In this document: positions 51,201 to 64,000 of the stretch, piece by piece
How the letters are laid out: every line of letters begins with the position of its first letter
How positions within the stretch are numbered: position 1 is the stretch's first letter
DNA from: Cenococcum geophilum
Lineage: Eukaryota
Direction of reading: 5' to 3'
Assembly: GCA_050273025.1 (NCBI GenBank)
Contig: CP158635.1
Coordinates: 29,326,001-29,390,000, forward strand
Length of the DNA stretch: 64,000 nt
Position numbers and translations under genes: made by a program
The notes under the pieces: generated by a model
What the model was told of the DNA's origin: nothing
Database searches by the model: none
Seen by the model: only the letters and a program-made list of their open reading frames with translations

Positions 51201-54018
51201 AAGCCGATTTTAATATGCTATAAAGCCGTATAGTTACCCTAGCTACGTACGCTAAGTATATGCTTAAGTATTAGGACAGTCGGTTTAGCCGCTACCCCTT
51301 ATTTCGCTACTACGTATTTAATCGGATTATAAGAAAGTAAGCCCTTAACGCTACCCGCTTCCTTTACGGCCAATTAAATAAAAAAGTCTATCTTTAGATA
51401 AGCTTAGTAATCTTATAAATGGTAATAGGGGTGGCCAGTTGCTAAATAAAATTGTACGGCATATACGGAACCTTAAGGGCACTAGACCTTATTAGAGGTA
51501 GAAGAGAAATAAGCTTACGGCTTATACTAAGAATATTAAGAGCGGGTCTCTATTCTTTATACTTAGCGCTGCTAATCTATATTAGCATAATCTACACTCT
51601 TATATACCTCTATTTAATGAATATAAGGCTATTAATAAGGCTTAGCGCTACCGGATTGCTTTTTAAAATCTTAACGATAATCCGTATATTACTGCTTACT
51701 AGCTATATTACCGCTTTAATCTATATAGAAAGCACGTGCTTATAGGCCTATTTAATAGCACTAACTTTTAGTCCTAATATAAGTGGTAAGTATAAGGTAG
51801 CGGTTATATATATAGCTTCTTATAGAGTTTAACAGCCCTAAGGCCAGATCCGTTAGCTAGTAAGTTAAGGGCGGCTTTTACTAAGTACTGGACTACTTTT
51901 ATATCCGTAATTAATCCTAATTAATCTAAGCCTCCTGATCTTTAATATCCTTTTACTCCTAGCTATAAAGAACAGCTTAATACTAGTAAGCTTTTTACTG
52001 CTTACCTTAATCGATTTTAACGGCACCGCAATTGCACTAAATCTTACTACTTAAGATTAAAGAAAGGCTCTACTGGAGTAAAGGAGTGCCGCTTCTATTT
52101 TCCACGCTCTCTTTATAATAAGGCCGCTATATTAAAGGATTAAAATCTATATTACTAGACGTTCTATCCACAGCATAATAATAAGCTTCTTAATAGTTAT
52201 AACGCAGCTATAATATTATCGTGGATGGCGAATATTAATATATCACCCGCTACAAGCGTATTAGTAATAGTTAACTATATAGGCAAATATTACAGCAAGA
52301 AAGAGAAGAAGTTAACTTCCTACTAGGAGCTACTCTAATTAGTATAGCTATACGCTAATAGCCTTTATGCCTTTAGTTTAGTAGTGGCTAGGTTTATAAA
52401 TACGCTTATTACTAAACGCGATTAGTTAGCGTAGGAGGTATACTATCTACTTTTTGACATTCCCCTTTACGAAGGCTTTAGGAATATAATAACCTTAAAC
52501 TACTACTAGGAGGATAATTAGAGCGTTATATATAAGCCTAAGGATAGGTAATTAAGAGGGCACGGATTATCTAACTATAAGAAATATAAGCGCCGCCTAG
52601 ATGGGGTAGAGGACGTTACTTTCCTCGATTTTCTATTCTATTTTAATTACTCTGCTTATAAGCGTTGGCTAAGAGCAAGGCCTTAAGTTATATTATACTT
52701 TCCGTAATATAAAGGCGATCCTTTTTATCCGTAGTATTCTAAGTTCTGCTATATAAAGCTTATTCTTTATTACCTGTAGAGGAAGTGTAAGGAAGTAGCT
52801 ACTTATACTAATAGATTTGGGGCCCTTAATTATATAGCTTCCTATTAGGCTTACGCTAACTCTTATTAGTACCCACCTAACTACTTCTGTAATTAGAAAC
52901 TAGAGGAAAGTTATAAAACTGCTAATATTGATAAATTTAAGGGCGATTTCGTAGACGACTTGGAGCTATACTAGTCCTTTAAGGCCCTATATACCCGCGT
53001 TTAAAATACCAATGGAGTTAAAATTAAGGATCCTAATAGGCTTGGTAATAGGGAGCTTAATTATAACTACGACTGGAGTACGCATTAGTGTACGTACCCG
53101 CAGCTTAATAAGAGAACTTATTGGCAGGAAGTACGGCTATAGCCTCTACCGTAGAGCCGCCTATCCTAAATAGTAACTTCGTCCTCCTTATAACTAGGTC
53201 AGCGTTATATTTATAATATTATAGTTAATTACTATAGGCAGATCTTTTTATTTTTATTTTTTTTATATCCATTGTATTATACTACGTATAATACTGCGCG
53301 TGCAGCCTCTAGGCTATGGCGCTATAGTTCTATATACATAAATCCTTCCTAGGCAGCTTAACATGTACTAGTAGCTAAGTGGACACTCTGGCCCGTTTTT
53401 AAATACTAGGGGAGTCCTAGCCTATTGGTGTTTCATCCTGATATTTTGCTTACTATGGTCCAGTTTACACCAAGAAATCGCACTAAGGAAATCCTGGCTC
53501 TTTTATCTATTTCTGCCGTATTCTGCCGTTCTTAGAGTAGAAAAAGCGCTCTAAAAGATAGATTTTGACATGGTTTTGCATATAAGAATAAGAGGAACAA
53601 TATAGCTTACTAGCTTGGAAGTAGCTACCAATTACCCCTAAGCGACTGTTTGTAGTAATGTACCCTATATCTCCTCCTTGCTAAAGAAAAGGGTAGAGAA
53701 TTAGTAATTAGTAGGTACTCTCCCCAAAAGTAACCTACTAATCCTAGATTTACGTTCTAGAAAACGGGTATTTTATAAGGGCGAACCTCGTTACGTAAAC
53801 CCACTCCCATAGGAAAATTTTTACAAGGTTGTCTGTATAGGGTATAAACACCAATTCGCCTATACACCTTATATTTAACGTGCTAATAGTAACACAGGCC
53901 GGCCCCCTTCCCCTATCCCCTACTATAGCTACCCTAGCAGTGCATCGTCTGCGGTACGCCTGCGGTGCGCCTATGGTACGCCTACGGTCCTCTGCCTGTA
54001 GCGCGACAGCCGTAAACC

Positions 54019-54525
54019 GGTTGTAGTAGAGGTCGTCTACTCTGCAGCAGACTAGTTGTAGAGGAGGTCGTCTGCCCTGCGGCAGACTGGTTGTAGAGGA
54101 GGTCGTCTACCCTGCGGTAGACTAGTTATAGAGGAGGTCGTCTACCCTACGGCAGACTAGTTGTAGAGGAGGTCGTCTACCCTGCGGCAGACTAGTTGTA
54201 GAGGAGGTCGTCTGCCCTGCGGCAAACTGGTTGTAGAGGAGGAGGTTGTCTGCCCTACGGCAGACTAATTGTAGAGGAGGTCGTCTGCCCTACGGCAGAC
54301 TGGTTGTAGAGGAGGTCGTCTACCCTGCGGCAGACTAGTTATAGAGGAGGTCGTCTGCCCTGCGGCAGACTGGTTATAGAGGAGGAGGTTGTCTGCCCTA
54401 CGGCAGACTGGTTGTAGAGGAGGTCGTCTGCCCTGCGGCAGACTGGTTGTAGAGGAGGAGGTCGTCTGCCCTACGGTAGACTGGTTGTAGTGGAGGAGGT
54501 CGTCTACTCTGTGGCAGACTGGTTG
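54019..54525. repeat. 35-bp (some 38-bp) minisatellite x~14
   Basis: Unit ggttgtagaggaggtcgtctgccctgcggcagact, contiguous with no spacers. Confidence 0.9.
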
Positions 54526-54605
54526 TGGTAGAATCGTTGGTTGAGGTGGCTAGCGTCGTGGTGACGTGTCTTTAGGGGGTATACAACCGGCGGCGCCCTT
54601 GCGAT

Positions 54606-57323
54606 CAGTGTTCGCAATGATAATTTTATCCATTGCTTCTTAACGATATATTCATTTATAAGAAGTAATAACGATTGGATAATTTAAAAGTCCTTATAAA
54701 TGAATATTTATAATATTATGAATATATAGAGAGACTTAAAGCTCTTGTGGTGTAGTAAAAGGATATTAAGGTATAAATATAGGACTAATTTTACGCCGTA
54801 CGTTCTGATATATACGCAAGAGTTAAATTTTTTAAACTTGCCCCGTAGATGCTTCCTTTCTATAATATTATTTAATACCTCCCCCCTAATACCACCTATA
54901 ATCTATTACTATGCCTCCCTCTCTCTTATAAATGATTTATATTAACTCTAACAGTAATTCTAACCCCTAGTTAGAATTATCTGAGCTTAAAAGTGAGCTC
55001 TTTAAAGACTTAATTCCCGACAAAGATTCTAACGCGTTACTTTCTACTAAATCCTCTACTAAATTCTCCTCTTAATTCTTTAAACGGGCCTCTAAAAAAT
55101 GGAAGACTTGGGCTATAAATATATAGGCTCTTGCGTATAAGCCTATTGGCAATAAGCCGCTAGTAAATAATAAGGGAAGACGATACTAGTACTGTGGGTA
55201 ATATGTATTTTGGCGCGATATAGTTACTATAAATATACGCTCTTATCTATATAACGCCTACAGCGTAGTTGTTAAAGAGGAGGACTTAGTTATTAAGCGG
55301 GCTATAAAGCAGAGTCTTTAAGGCCTGTTCTATAAGCAGGGAGAGCTTTATACATAGAAGCTTAAGAGGCAGAAGGAAAATACACTAAGAGAGAGCGTTA
55401 ATTTAGCTATGTTACGCGACGCTTTTACACAATTAATTGTGGTTCGAAATTTACTATATAACGCTATAACTTAGCCAGAGCTTTGAGCGCTACTTCTTAT
55501 GGTAAATTATACCTGTGAGGAAGCTCTAATAGACTCCAGTAATACCGTACCTAAAATAATTAAGGAGGCCTATGTCCTTAATAAAGAAATCCTTAAGTAG
55601 AAGCTTTAATCCTCTCTCACCCTAATATACCTCTTACTTAACGCCTAGACTTCGCTAAATCGGAAGACTTTTATCGCGATCTGTAGTCACTTTATTGACG
55701 ATACTGGTGTACTTTAGAAGGCCCTACTTGCTCTACCTTTCCTCCCTAGTAAACACGGCGGCGATAAGCAGGTGGAAGTCCTCTAGTAAGTTCTTAAGGA
55801 CTACGAAATACTTAATAAAGTTGGCTACTATGTAGGCGACAATCACGGCAGTAATAATAAGCTTCTTTAAGGGCTATCTAAGAGGCTTTAGTTGGTAGGA
55901 GAAGGAGCTAAATATGATGCATAATAACGCTGTATTCGCTGCTACGGGTATATACTTAATATTACCGCATAAGCTTTCTTCTTCTTGGAGGATAAGGAAG
56001 CTGTTAACACTGCCTTTAAAGAAGCTTGCGAGAAGCTTGAAGTAGAGTTAAAGCTTAAAGATGATTAGATTAAGGAACTCCTTGCTAAAAGGTTTAAAAA
56101 AGGGAAGGCTAGTAAGTTTACTTATCGCCTAATTGGCCCTCTAGGAAAGGTGTATAATGTCGTTGCTTATATTTAAAGCTCTACCGCCTACTATAATTAC
56201 TTCGTTGTAAAAGCTCTTCGAGCTATTCCTATGGATAATAATATATGGTGGAACTCGTGGTATAATATAATCTTAGTGGCTCTTAAATTAAAGGACGTAA
56301 TTGTAAAATATTAAGAGTAGTACGTTAAGGAGTTTAATAAGGAAGATATCCTTAATACCGCCGATTAGAGAGCTCTTAAAAATATTAGAGACTTTCTATA
56401 GCCCTTCTAAAGAGTTATAAAAGAGATAGAAGGTAATAAGGTTACTTTTAATAAGGTGCTTTATATAATGGATTTTATAGTAGAATACTTTAAATCTGCT
56501 CTATAAAAGTACTCTACTAATATAAAGCTCTGCGACTATATTTGAGCTAGCTGGTATACCTTTAATAAATACTACCTTAAGACCGACGAAGTTACTGTAT
56601 ATAGCGCAGCCTTACTATTGGCTCCTTACTGGAGGAAGGCCTATATTAATCGCAACTGGAAAGCTACCTAGAGGAAGCCGGTAGTTGCTGTAGCCTGGAA
56701 GCTTTGGGTAAATAAGTATAAGGATAAGTATAAGAGCAGAGTAGAAGAGGAGGAAGCTATTGCTTGCGATTAGGAGCCCGACGAGTACGATCTTTAGAAT
56801 AAGAAGTAGTCGGTTTTTAATGCGATTGAGGATGAATTTGATTACTTTATTAACGCCTTCCCTACTAATCTTCCTTTTGGTACCACTGCCCTTAATTAGT
56901 GGCTTAATCTGAGTAATCGTATAAACTACCTATTGCTCTACCGTATGGCGATAGATATCCTATTTATACTATCTATGTTATTTAAACTAGAGCGAATATT
57001 TTCTAAAGCGCGAAGGATAATTACCTGGCAACGTATAAGGCTTGGGCTAGTAAATATCGAGCGATTAGAGTACTTAAAGTTGTGGGTAAGAGGAGGAGTT
57101 ATAGGAGGCTAGAGGAGAGAGCTACTGGTGAATATTAGGGAGGGGGAGGGGGGGTAGAGGACTCTGTAGAGACTTTGACTATTGTAATTTAGTATAACAC
57201 CATGCTAAGACTGGTGATCTATAATATCGCAATTATTTATTCATATCGCGATAAATCGGCTCTCTTATGAATATGATACGATAAGTGGTTAATTTATTCA
57301 TTTATTCATTACTGCGAACACTA
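54606..57323 (+). mobile_element. hAT DNA transposon (RIP)
   Basis: TIR cagtgttcgca / tgcgaacacta, 8-bp TSD cttgcgat/cttacgat; de-RIPped DAWTSP, RCxGHILN, TRWNSW, ERIFS. Confidence 0.93.
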
Positions 57324-58995
57324 CTTACGATGACGGACGGAGGAGTAAAGGGGAGGCGACGGACGGAGGCAGGTAGTTATATATACTAGTAGTACTAATA
57401 ATATAGTAGAGTTTCCCATGCCTGCTTATCTAGGCCTTTACCTCAGTTTTTTAGTGCTTTGTCCCAACTATAAGTAGTTAGCTGCCACCACTAATCGCAT
57501 GGGGATTCTCACCAGTTCTTACGGATATCTTATAATAGGGATAGCCTAAGTATTAGTCCGCCCCCCAGCAGTCTGTATAAGAGTTTCCTTCTAGAGTTAG
57601 TACGCTCTCGCACGGCTTAGGAGCCTTCCATAGCCTCTAGTTTTACGCCTTTCTTTATTGTTTCCGCCGGTATGGGCATAAGCTACTATTTGCAGGGGTC
57701 GCAACTCCCGTCTTATATACCTACTGGCGTAATCCTATAAGGGCGTTATGGCTGCATCCTGTAATATAGTTAGGTATACCTTCTACGGTTAAGGCCTAGC
57801 CAAAGCCTCTCCCGCCTAAGTAACTCCTGTTTACTCCTTAAGCGTACCTTACTGGCGTACTACCCTATCGAGCGAGCAGTCCCGTCTATTGGCGCACCAA
57901 TACGCGCATCCGTTCTTTTGAGCCGCGTAGTAGTCTTTCCAGCCAGGATGTAATCCTGCCTGCCTACTAGGTGCACTAGGGGTTAGAGCCTAGCTAAGGG
58001 GTAAGGTCCCTAGAGCTAGCAGTGGCTACTACGCACTACGCCCCGCGACTACTCTAGGTAGTTGTTTTGCGTTGCCTGTAGGAGTCTCCTTATAATAGGC
58101 CGACTGTGTCTTGTAGGAGGGGGCTATAGAGACGGGTCCCGTGCTAGGCGACCTACTCCCCCCTCTCCTACTAACTAAGCTTGTGTCCCCTCTTTTTATA
58201 AGCTGGCCTATGTCTCTAACCGTTAAGTCCTCGTCTAACTAGCCTGTGTTTCCTTAGAGCCTCCCCTATATATATACGCGTTAGGTTACATGCACCACGC
58301 CTATTAAGACCCTCCTGTGAGTTACCTGCAACCATAGGTCAAACGCCATAGGGCCGTTAAAGCTGGCCTGTGTTTCCGCTACCTAGAGCTTTGCCCGTGT
58401 TTCCACCTCGTTAAGCCGTCTGGTTGCCGTCGCGTCGCCGTCGCGTCGCTGTCGCGTCTAACATCTAGGTCGCGCGCACCACGCCTATTAAGACCCTCTT
58501 CTGAGTTACCTGGGTGTACTAGATACCAGATAGGCCCTTATAGAGGGGCCTTAACGAGTTCTCTAGGCAGGGCCTTAATAAGTTCTTCGCGGTGGCCTTA
58601 GGGCCTTAATAAGTTTCGTATAAGGTATCTGCGACGCGTTAACCTTAACAAGTTCTTATAAAAAAGGGTTTCCCTACGCCCTCGCCTTGCGATCTTAGAG
58701 CTAGTGCAAGCCTAAGGGTGTCCTGTTGTACAACTAGGGCGTGTCCACGTCCGCTAGCTAGATGATAAGGCCAGTTTCGGGCCTAGCTACGAGCTAGGTA
58801 GTCGTACATCGGGTGGTTTTCGTATCCCAGTTTCCCTTAATGGCCCCCCTAGATAATAGAGCAGGAGCCCTAGGCGGGGGCAGTAGGACTCCTGGTGTTG
58901 CTGAGGGCGATGCATCGTACGCGTCGCAGGCTCAACACCACAGAACCGCGACGACAGCGCGCTGCACGCGCTGCGGCGGCTCCCTACCATCGCCT

Positions 58996-59080
58996 CTGCA
59001 CTTGGCCATCATAAGAAACGAATTCCTGATGATGTTTCCACCCGCGGCGACGTGGACGCGTGCAGTAGGGCTTCGCGGGC
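58996..59080 (-). ncRNA. HDV-like self-cleaving ribozyme
   Basis: P1 GCCCGCG/CGCGGGU with G1-U wobble, P2 CUGCAC/GUGCAG, P3 GCG/CGC, L3 UCCACGU, P1.1 CC/GG, P4 CAUCAU..UUCG..AUGAUG, J4/2 GCCAA with catalytic-position C at 59005. Confidence 0.92.
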
Positions 59081-60296
59081 TATAGGCAGATCTAAGTGGG
59101 CCTTGGCCCCCCCTTACTGCGGATTAATATTAATAGAGAGGTAGGAACCGGCAAATTGTATCTTATTGCTGTCCTTTTTACTACGCTCTATAATATGGTA
59201 AGGGCTAATAGTAAGCCGTCGCTATTAGCTTAAGCTGCCCCTATTGGGGTAGCTGCTTTTAGTATTAACGGCAGAACTATATACGATCTATTAAGGTTGC
59301 CGGTAAATTATTTGTTTAAAAAATTGCCTGCTGCTAGTCTTACGCCTCTATAATAAGCTTTTAAGGATATTTACTATCTTATCCTTAATAAGAAATCTAT
59401 AATTAGGTAAGTACATCTAGCCTAGATTGATTACCGCCTCCGTTAAATTTACCCTATATATTATAACTACTTTAAAGGCTTAAACATCTTGCTAGTAGGC
59501 GATTTCTATTAGCTTCCCCCTATAGGTCAGGCGGCCTTATATAGTAATCTAGCTACTAGGCCATTAGAGTTTACTAGCTATAAAAAGGGAGCCTATAAGG
59601 CGATTAACCGAACAGCTGTCCTAGATTAAGTTATACGGCAGGGTGGTGATAACGCTAAGAGCTTTATATTTAGGACCGCCCTTATAGAGCTATATAGTGA
59701 TTTTATAAGTAATTTGACCTAAAAGCTTCTTTTAACTAGGTATAAGTAGGGCCTATCCACTAATAAGGTTACGGGCTTTAATAACGCAATTCGGCTATAT
59801 AGTATACGCGCTACTATAAGTAAATATAACGCTATTCGGCTTTGCGACCTTTTATCGCTAGTGGTAGCTATTAAGTCAGTTAACGCTAGTGTAGATATAC
59901 GGAAAGTTACTCCTAATTAGTGCAATACTATAGAGAATCTAGCCCTATGTATTGGCGCGAAAGTAATGCTAATATAGAATATCTGGGTTAAACTAGTCTT
60001 AGTAAACGGTACTACTAGTATAGTTAAAGATATTATATAAAAGGGACACGCGGATATTAAAAAGGATTAGCCTTAGTTATTAATTATAGTAGATAGGTAT
60101 AACGGACCTACCTTATTTACTTAGTAAGATGGTAAAAAAGTCATCCCTATATTTTCCGTGCTTTATAAGTAGGAGGGTATAAGAGGCTCTTACTTATAGC
60201 ATTAATTTCTAATTACTTTAGCTTTTACTCTTACCGTATATAAAAGCTAGGGCCTAATACTTAACTAAATAGTTTTTAATATTAAGGAAAAGAATA

Positions 60297-63200
60297 TGTT
60301 CGTACTAACTTAATAGCACGAGTAAGTCGTATCCACGGGCACGAAATACATGTAGTATCGTATACTTGTTTAGATGGTAACTGTCGATTATATGAAGTAG
60401 ACTACGTGGTCTATATACTAATGCACCTCCCCCCTAATTAGTTAGTGCTTTATAAGTGCACCAGACGCGTAAGTAAGTGGTTAGTGCACTAAACGCGTAA
60501 GCGCGTACCTGGTGTACCGAATGCGTAAGCACGCGTTTGGTATAACAGGTGCTGTAATTATACACTAGCAGTACTTGAAAAATGAAACCACCTATATACA
60601 GCCTCCGTAATTGCTTTAATAAAACTATAGAATATAAAGGAAAATATATAGGAAATCTCCCCTAGGGTGCCGTTTAGGCTGCCTTCTAAACGGTACCTTA
60701 AGCTGGCCGTAAGTCCTGCTTACGGTCCGTAAAATAAACCATACGGCCTTTTAATGGGCAGTAGATGAGCTATAAGTTAGATTTTAAGGGCTGCTAAGGC
60801 GCTAGTACTAAGCGAGCTAATGGCGATTTTCTATGCCCGGCATAGAAAATCGTGATTAGTTAATTTAACTACTATAGCAAAATATAGTAGAATTTGGCAG
60901 GTTATATGAGTTTACTAAGTTCCATTATAGCTTTCTACCGTTTTTCTACCTAATAGCTTACGGTCCGTAGAATAGGCCGTATAATAAGCTGTATGGCCTT
61001 CTAACGGGCTATAGGCGTACCATAGGTACTCCATTAGTCCCGTTCTACCTATTCTATAACTTTTAGGTTGAGCTTATTTATATCGATTAAGGTTTTAAGG
61101 GCTTAATACGGCTTTGCCTTAGTTATAGCGTCCACTAGATTATCTCCGCTACTAATTTATTTAACCTCTATAATCTTATATTGTTTATAGGCCTAATATA
61201 AGTATATTAGGTTAACTATAAGCCTCTTCTCTTATATTATACCTAGTTTAACTAGGTAGTTATAAAGGGACTTTAAATTAGTATATAAAACTAGGGGTAA
61301 CTACTTTAGTTATAGAATCTTCTAGACTGTTAATTTAATTGCGGCTGCTATATTAAATCTATAAGCTAGTATATATAATTTAAAAGCTAGTATACTACGG
61401 GTTACTTATTTACACTTAATTAAAAACAGTATAGTATATTTATGTCCTAATTACGGTCCGTAAGTATAATTATAAAGCTAATTTATAATAATAGGTCTTT
61501 ATTATTAGCAAAGGAGGCGTTTATAAATGCTAGTAAGCTAAGGGAACTTAGGTCTAGTGATATAAAAGTAAGTCCCCTTACTACATTATTAATTTGCTAC
61601 TAAATGCGCTTATTAAGCTACTTAATATTTTTTTCTTACAGATCTACTGCCTGGGCCGTAAAGGATAAGTTATAGGTAGATTTGGGTTAGCAGACTATAG
61701 CAATATAGGCGCCTCTTGCACGCTATATAGCGTATTAGTCTTTATATTTATGGTCTTATAAGTCTCTCCGCGGGAACTAGTAAGGTCCGTAGGCTTTACT
61801 ATAATAAGCTTTAGGTTTTAAGCTTGGCGTTTCTAGGTTAGCTAGATTAAGTTGCCCTTTTATATAATTAAGCCTTCGTTAAACTTAATTAGAGTCTACT
61901 TAGTTAACTGCTCTTATAGCTTTACTAGAAACTTAGCTTCTTACAATTTAGTCTCTTTAGCGTCCGTAAATATCCAGTCTACTAAGAAGAGGGTATTATC
62001 TGTTTGGAGTCTAATAATACTAAGGCCGTTTAATGGGCTGTATAGGAGGCAGGGGTTATAGGTCGACTGTTTTATTTTAAGTTTACTAATATAGTACTAG
62101 TAGTATATTTTAAACTAATAGTTTCTGGCTTCTAGTACTCTATAAAGAGGTTTTATAACCTATAAAATTGTTCCTAGTTATAGGTTAAGCTTATAGGGTG
62201 GTTGTATAAAGATATTCCTACTTAGGTAGGTATTAGACTACACGTAGGCTTATAAGATATCCCGTAAGTAAAGGGCTACGGATTTGGTTTGCTGTAGTCT
62301 AGGTATAAGTGTAAGTATAATCCATTAACTAACCCGTTAAATTATAGGTAATTATGTAAGGACTAGGTTCTTTTCCTAGTTATTATAAGCTTATATAATA
62401 AGCCTTAATTTTTTAAAGGCTTTATTAGTACTAGGGTGCTTAATCTTATTAATAAAGCGTAAGTTAAATATACGGATGCCTTACGGAACGTCTCTCTTTA
62501 TTATAATTACAAAGATATCCTTTTTAAGTAGTCTGTTAATCTCTTTACGCCGTAAGTTTATAAAAGGGGTTTCCTATACTAGAACTAATATATCTATAGG
62601 CGGAGATTGCTTTACGGATATGCCTATAGAGGTTAGGTAGTTCTCCATTACGAGATTCTTATAGGGGCGTCCTCGGCCACGCTTTATGGTAGGTTTAGTA
62701 GGTTTAGTAGGTTTCTAGGGGACCTCTAGGGTAGGCAAGGGTGCCTTTAGTTTATTTAATTCGGCAGTTATTTCTAATTCGTCTAGTTTGGCGGTTGCTT
62801 CTAGTTTATCTAGCTTAATATTATAGGTGTTTTCGGGCTAAAAGTAGGGTTTTACGGACGTGCTTCTAAAGCTAGTTGGCCCGCTAGGAAGCTACACGCA
62901 GCATATCTCGTTTTCTACGGCTAGTAGACAGTAAGGTCCATTCTAACTACCGCTTTTACGCTATATAAGGACTTTAGAGTTAAGCGGGAGGTTATATACT
63001 AAGGTTATATTAGGTCCGTTGCGGTAGTATAGGGCGTTATTAATAGTTTATTTAGCCCATAATTTAACTATTTCGGCTATTACCTTCTATATTATAGCTG
63101 CTTATTCTATAATAGACGGGGCAGGGGGGCCTAGGTTGCTTATCCTTAGGTAAGCTCCGTAAACTAAGAGGGTAGGTACTAGTCCGTTAGGGCTAGCAGT

Positions 63201-63831
63201 GTTATTAATGGCTTTTACGGCCATTTATAAAGCTAGTTCCTTTTAGATATTCTTATACTTATCCGTAATAATCTAATAAGCTCTTTATAGAGCTAGGTAA
63301 GCTCGCTTAATAAGCCCGACAGACTAATACGCCTTAACTAGAATAGCTTTTGTTAATATAGCCATGGCTATAGCATACTGCTGGAATTTCTTACTAATGA
63401 AGTTCCTACCAGCGTCGTAGGTAATATACTTAGGAGGTCTAACGTACGTATTAATCTAGTAGGTCCGTAAAATATCCTAAGTATGCTTTATAGATATATT
63501 TTACAACTAACAGGCGGCTTAGTAGTGGGTTACCTCGTTAATTATATGTAATACTAGGCTGCTGTTAATGTATATAATATCTACGTATACTAAGTAGTTA
63601 AAGTTAAGGTCCTTATAAAGGGTGAACTTAAATCGGCCTAGGGAACATCCGTATTTCTAGCAAAAGGAGCAGTATTTGGTTAGGTAATTAACTGCCTTTT
63701 TATTAACATTGTCGTGTCTAGAGCGTTTAAGGACTCTATATAGCTTTTCGGCTAATAGGTAGCCGAAACAGTGGTATAGACGGTAGATCTCTATACTGGT
63801 AAGGTAGCACGGGTTATAGTTAAAAGATTCC
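60297..63831 (-). mobile_element. Ty1/Copia retrotransposon, 3' part (integrase, RT, RNase H, 3' LTR from 60297), RIP
   Basis: De-RIPped FNxRFxDxIK, KPLY..AxNHW, STYDPCLL, GLQTDDTL; purine tract near 60426; truncates the helicase frame. Confidence 0.85.
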
Positions 63832-64000
63832 TTTTTTTATTTTTATTTTTTTATATCCGATTGTATTATACTACGTATAATACTGCGCATGCAGCCTCTA
63901 GGCTATGGCGCTATAGTTCTATATACATAAATCCTTTCTAGGCAGCTTAACATGTACTAGTAGCTAAGTGGACACTCTGGCCCGGTTTTAAAATGCTAGG
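63832..64000 (-). mobile_element. 3' end of a second copy of the 53246 retroelement family
   Basis: Near-identical to 53246-53410, including the tail and hairpin. Confidence 0.9.

Larger units (their letters stand above)
53246..59080 (-). mobile_element. Non-autonomous non-LTR retroelement (~3.1 kb without the nested hAT) headed by an HDV-like ribozyme
   Basis: 13-bp TSD tataggcagatct (53233-45 / 59081-93), A-rich tail, 3' hairpin at 53274-53294, no recognisable RT. Confidence 0.88.
41431..60296 (+). mobile_element. Helitron-like Rep/Pif1-helicase ORF (RIP pseudogene) in three pieces: 41431-42375, 50692-53245, 59094-60296
   Basis: De-RIPped CxxCKERW and EELLIARV..GQQYRYTGH; HUH EWQxRGSGHxHG near 51780; YIGKYCSK near 52275; WSAQEV; Walker A GxxGTGKS, AAPTGVAA, ILDEKSM, GDFYQLPP, TVHKSQG. 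Confidence 0.9.

Noticed and set aside
54019..54525. CRISPR-like 35-bp repeat
   Set aside because: Units are contiguous with no unique spacers, and the context is eukaryotic.
15773..64000. Starship giant transposon
   Set aside because: No tyrosine-recombinase captain gene or intact cargo genes seen.

Overview
Filamentous-ascomycete genomic DNA. About 85% is a nested, RIP-mutated (TpA-rich, stop-riddled) transposon landscape: two chromovirus Gypsy elements, three Copia/LTR elements, two pogo/Fot1, two hAT, a composite Tc1/mariner, a satellite-laden TA-TIR element, Tad-like LINEs, and a Helitron-like Rep/Pif1 ORF split by insertions. Two small unique-sequence islands hold three intact genes: a secreted PMU1-like histidine phosphatase, a MnSOD, and an adjacent Cu/Zn-SOD-fold protein lacking most metal ligands. 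Main findings: (1) two unrelated non-autonomous non-LTR retroelements (18501-19515 + and 53246-59080 -) each begin exactly at a complete 85-nt HDV-like ribozyme fold, with compensatory pairing differences between the two; (2) the MnSOD plus pseudo-Sod1 pair carries TGCTCA copper-response-like motifs, suggesting a copper-sparing module; (3) an in-frame 53 x 12-bp expansion lies inside a pogo transposase; (4) a 12-bp satellite family is shared between Tc1-type elements and the Helitron upstream region. All calls were made by eye; no searches or folding programs were run.
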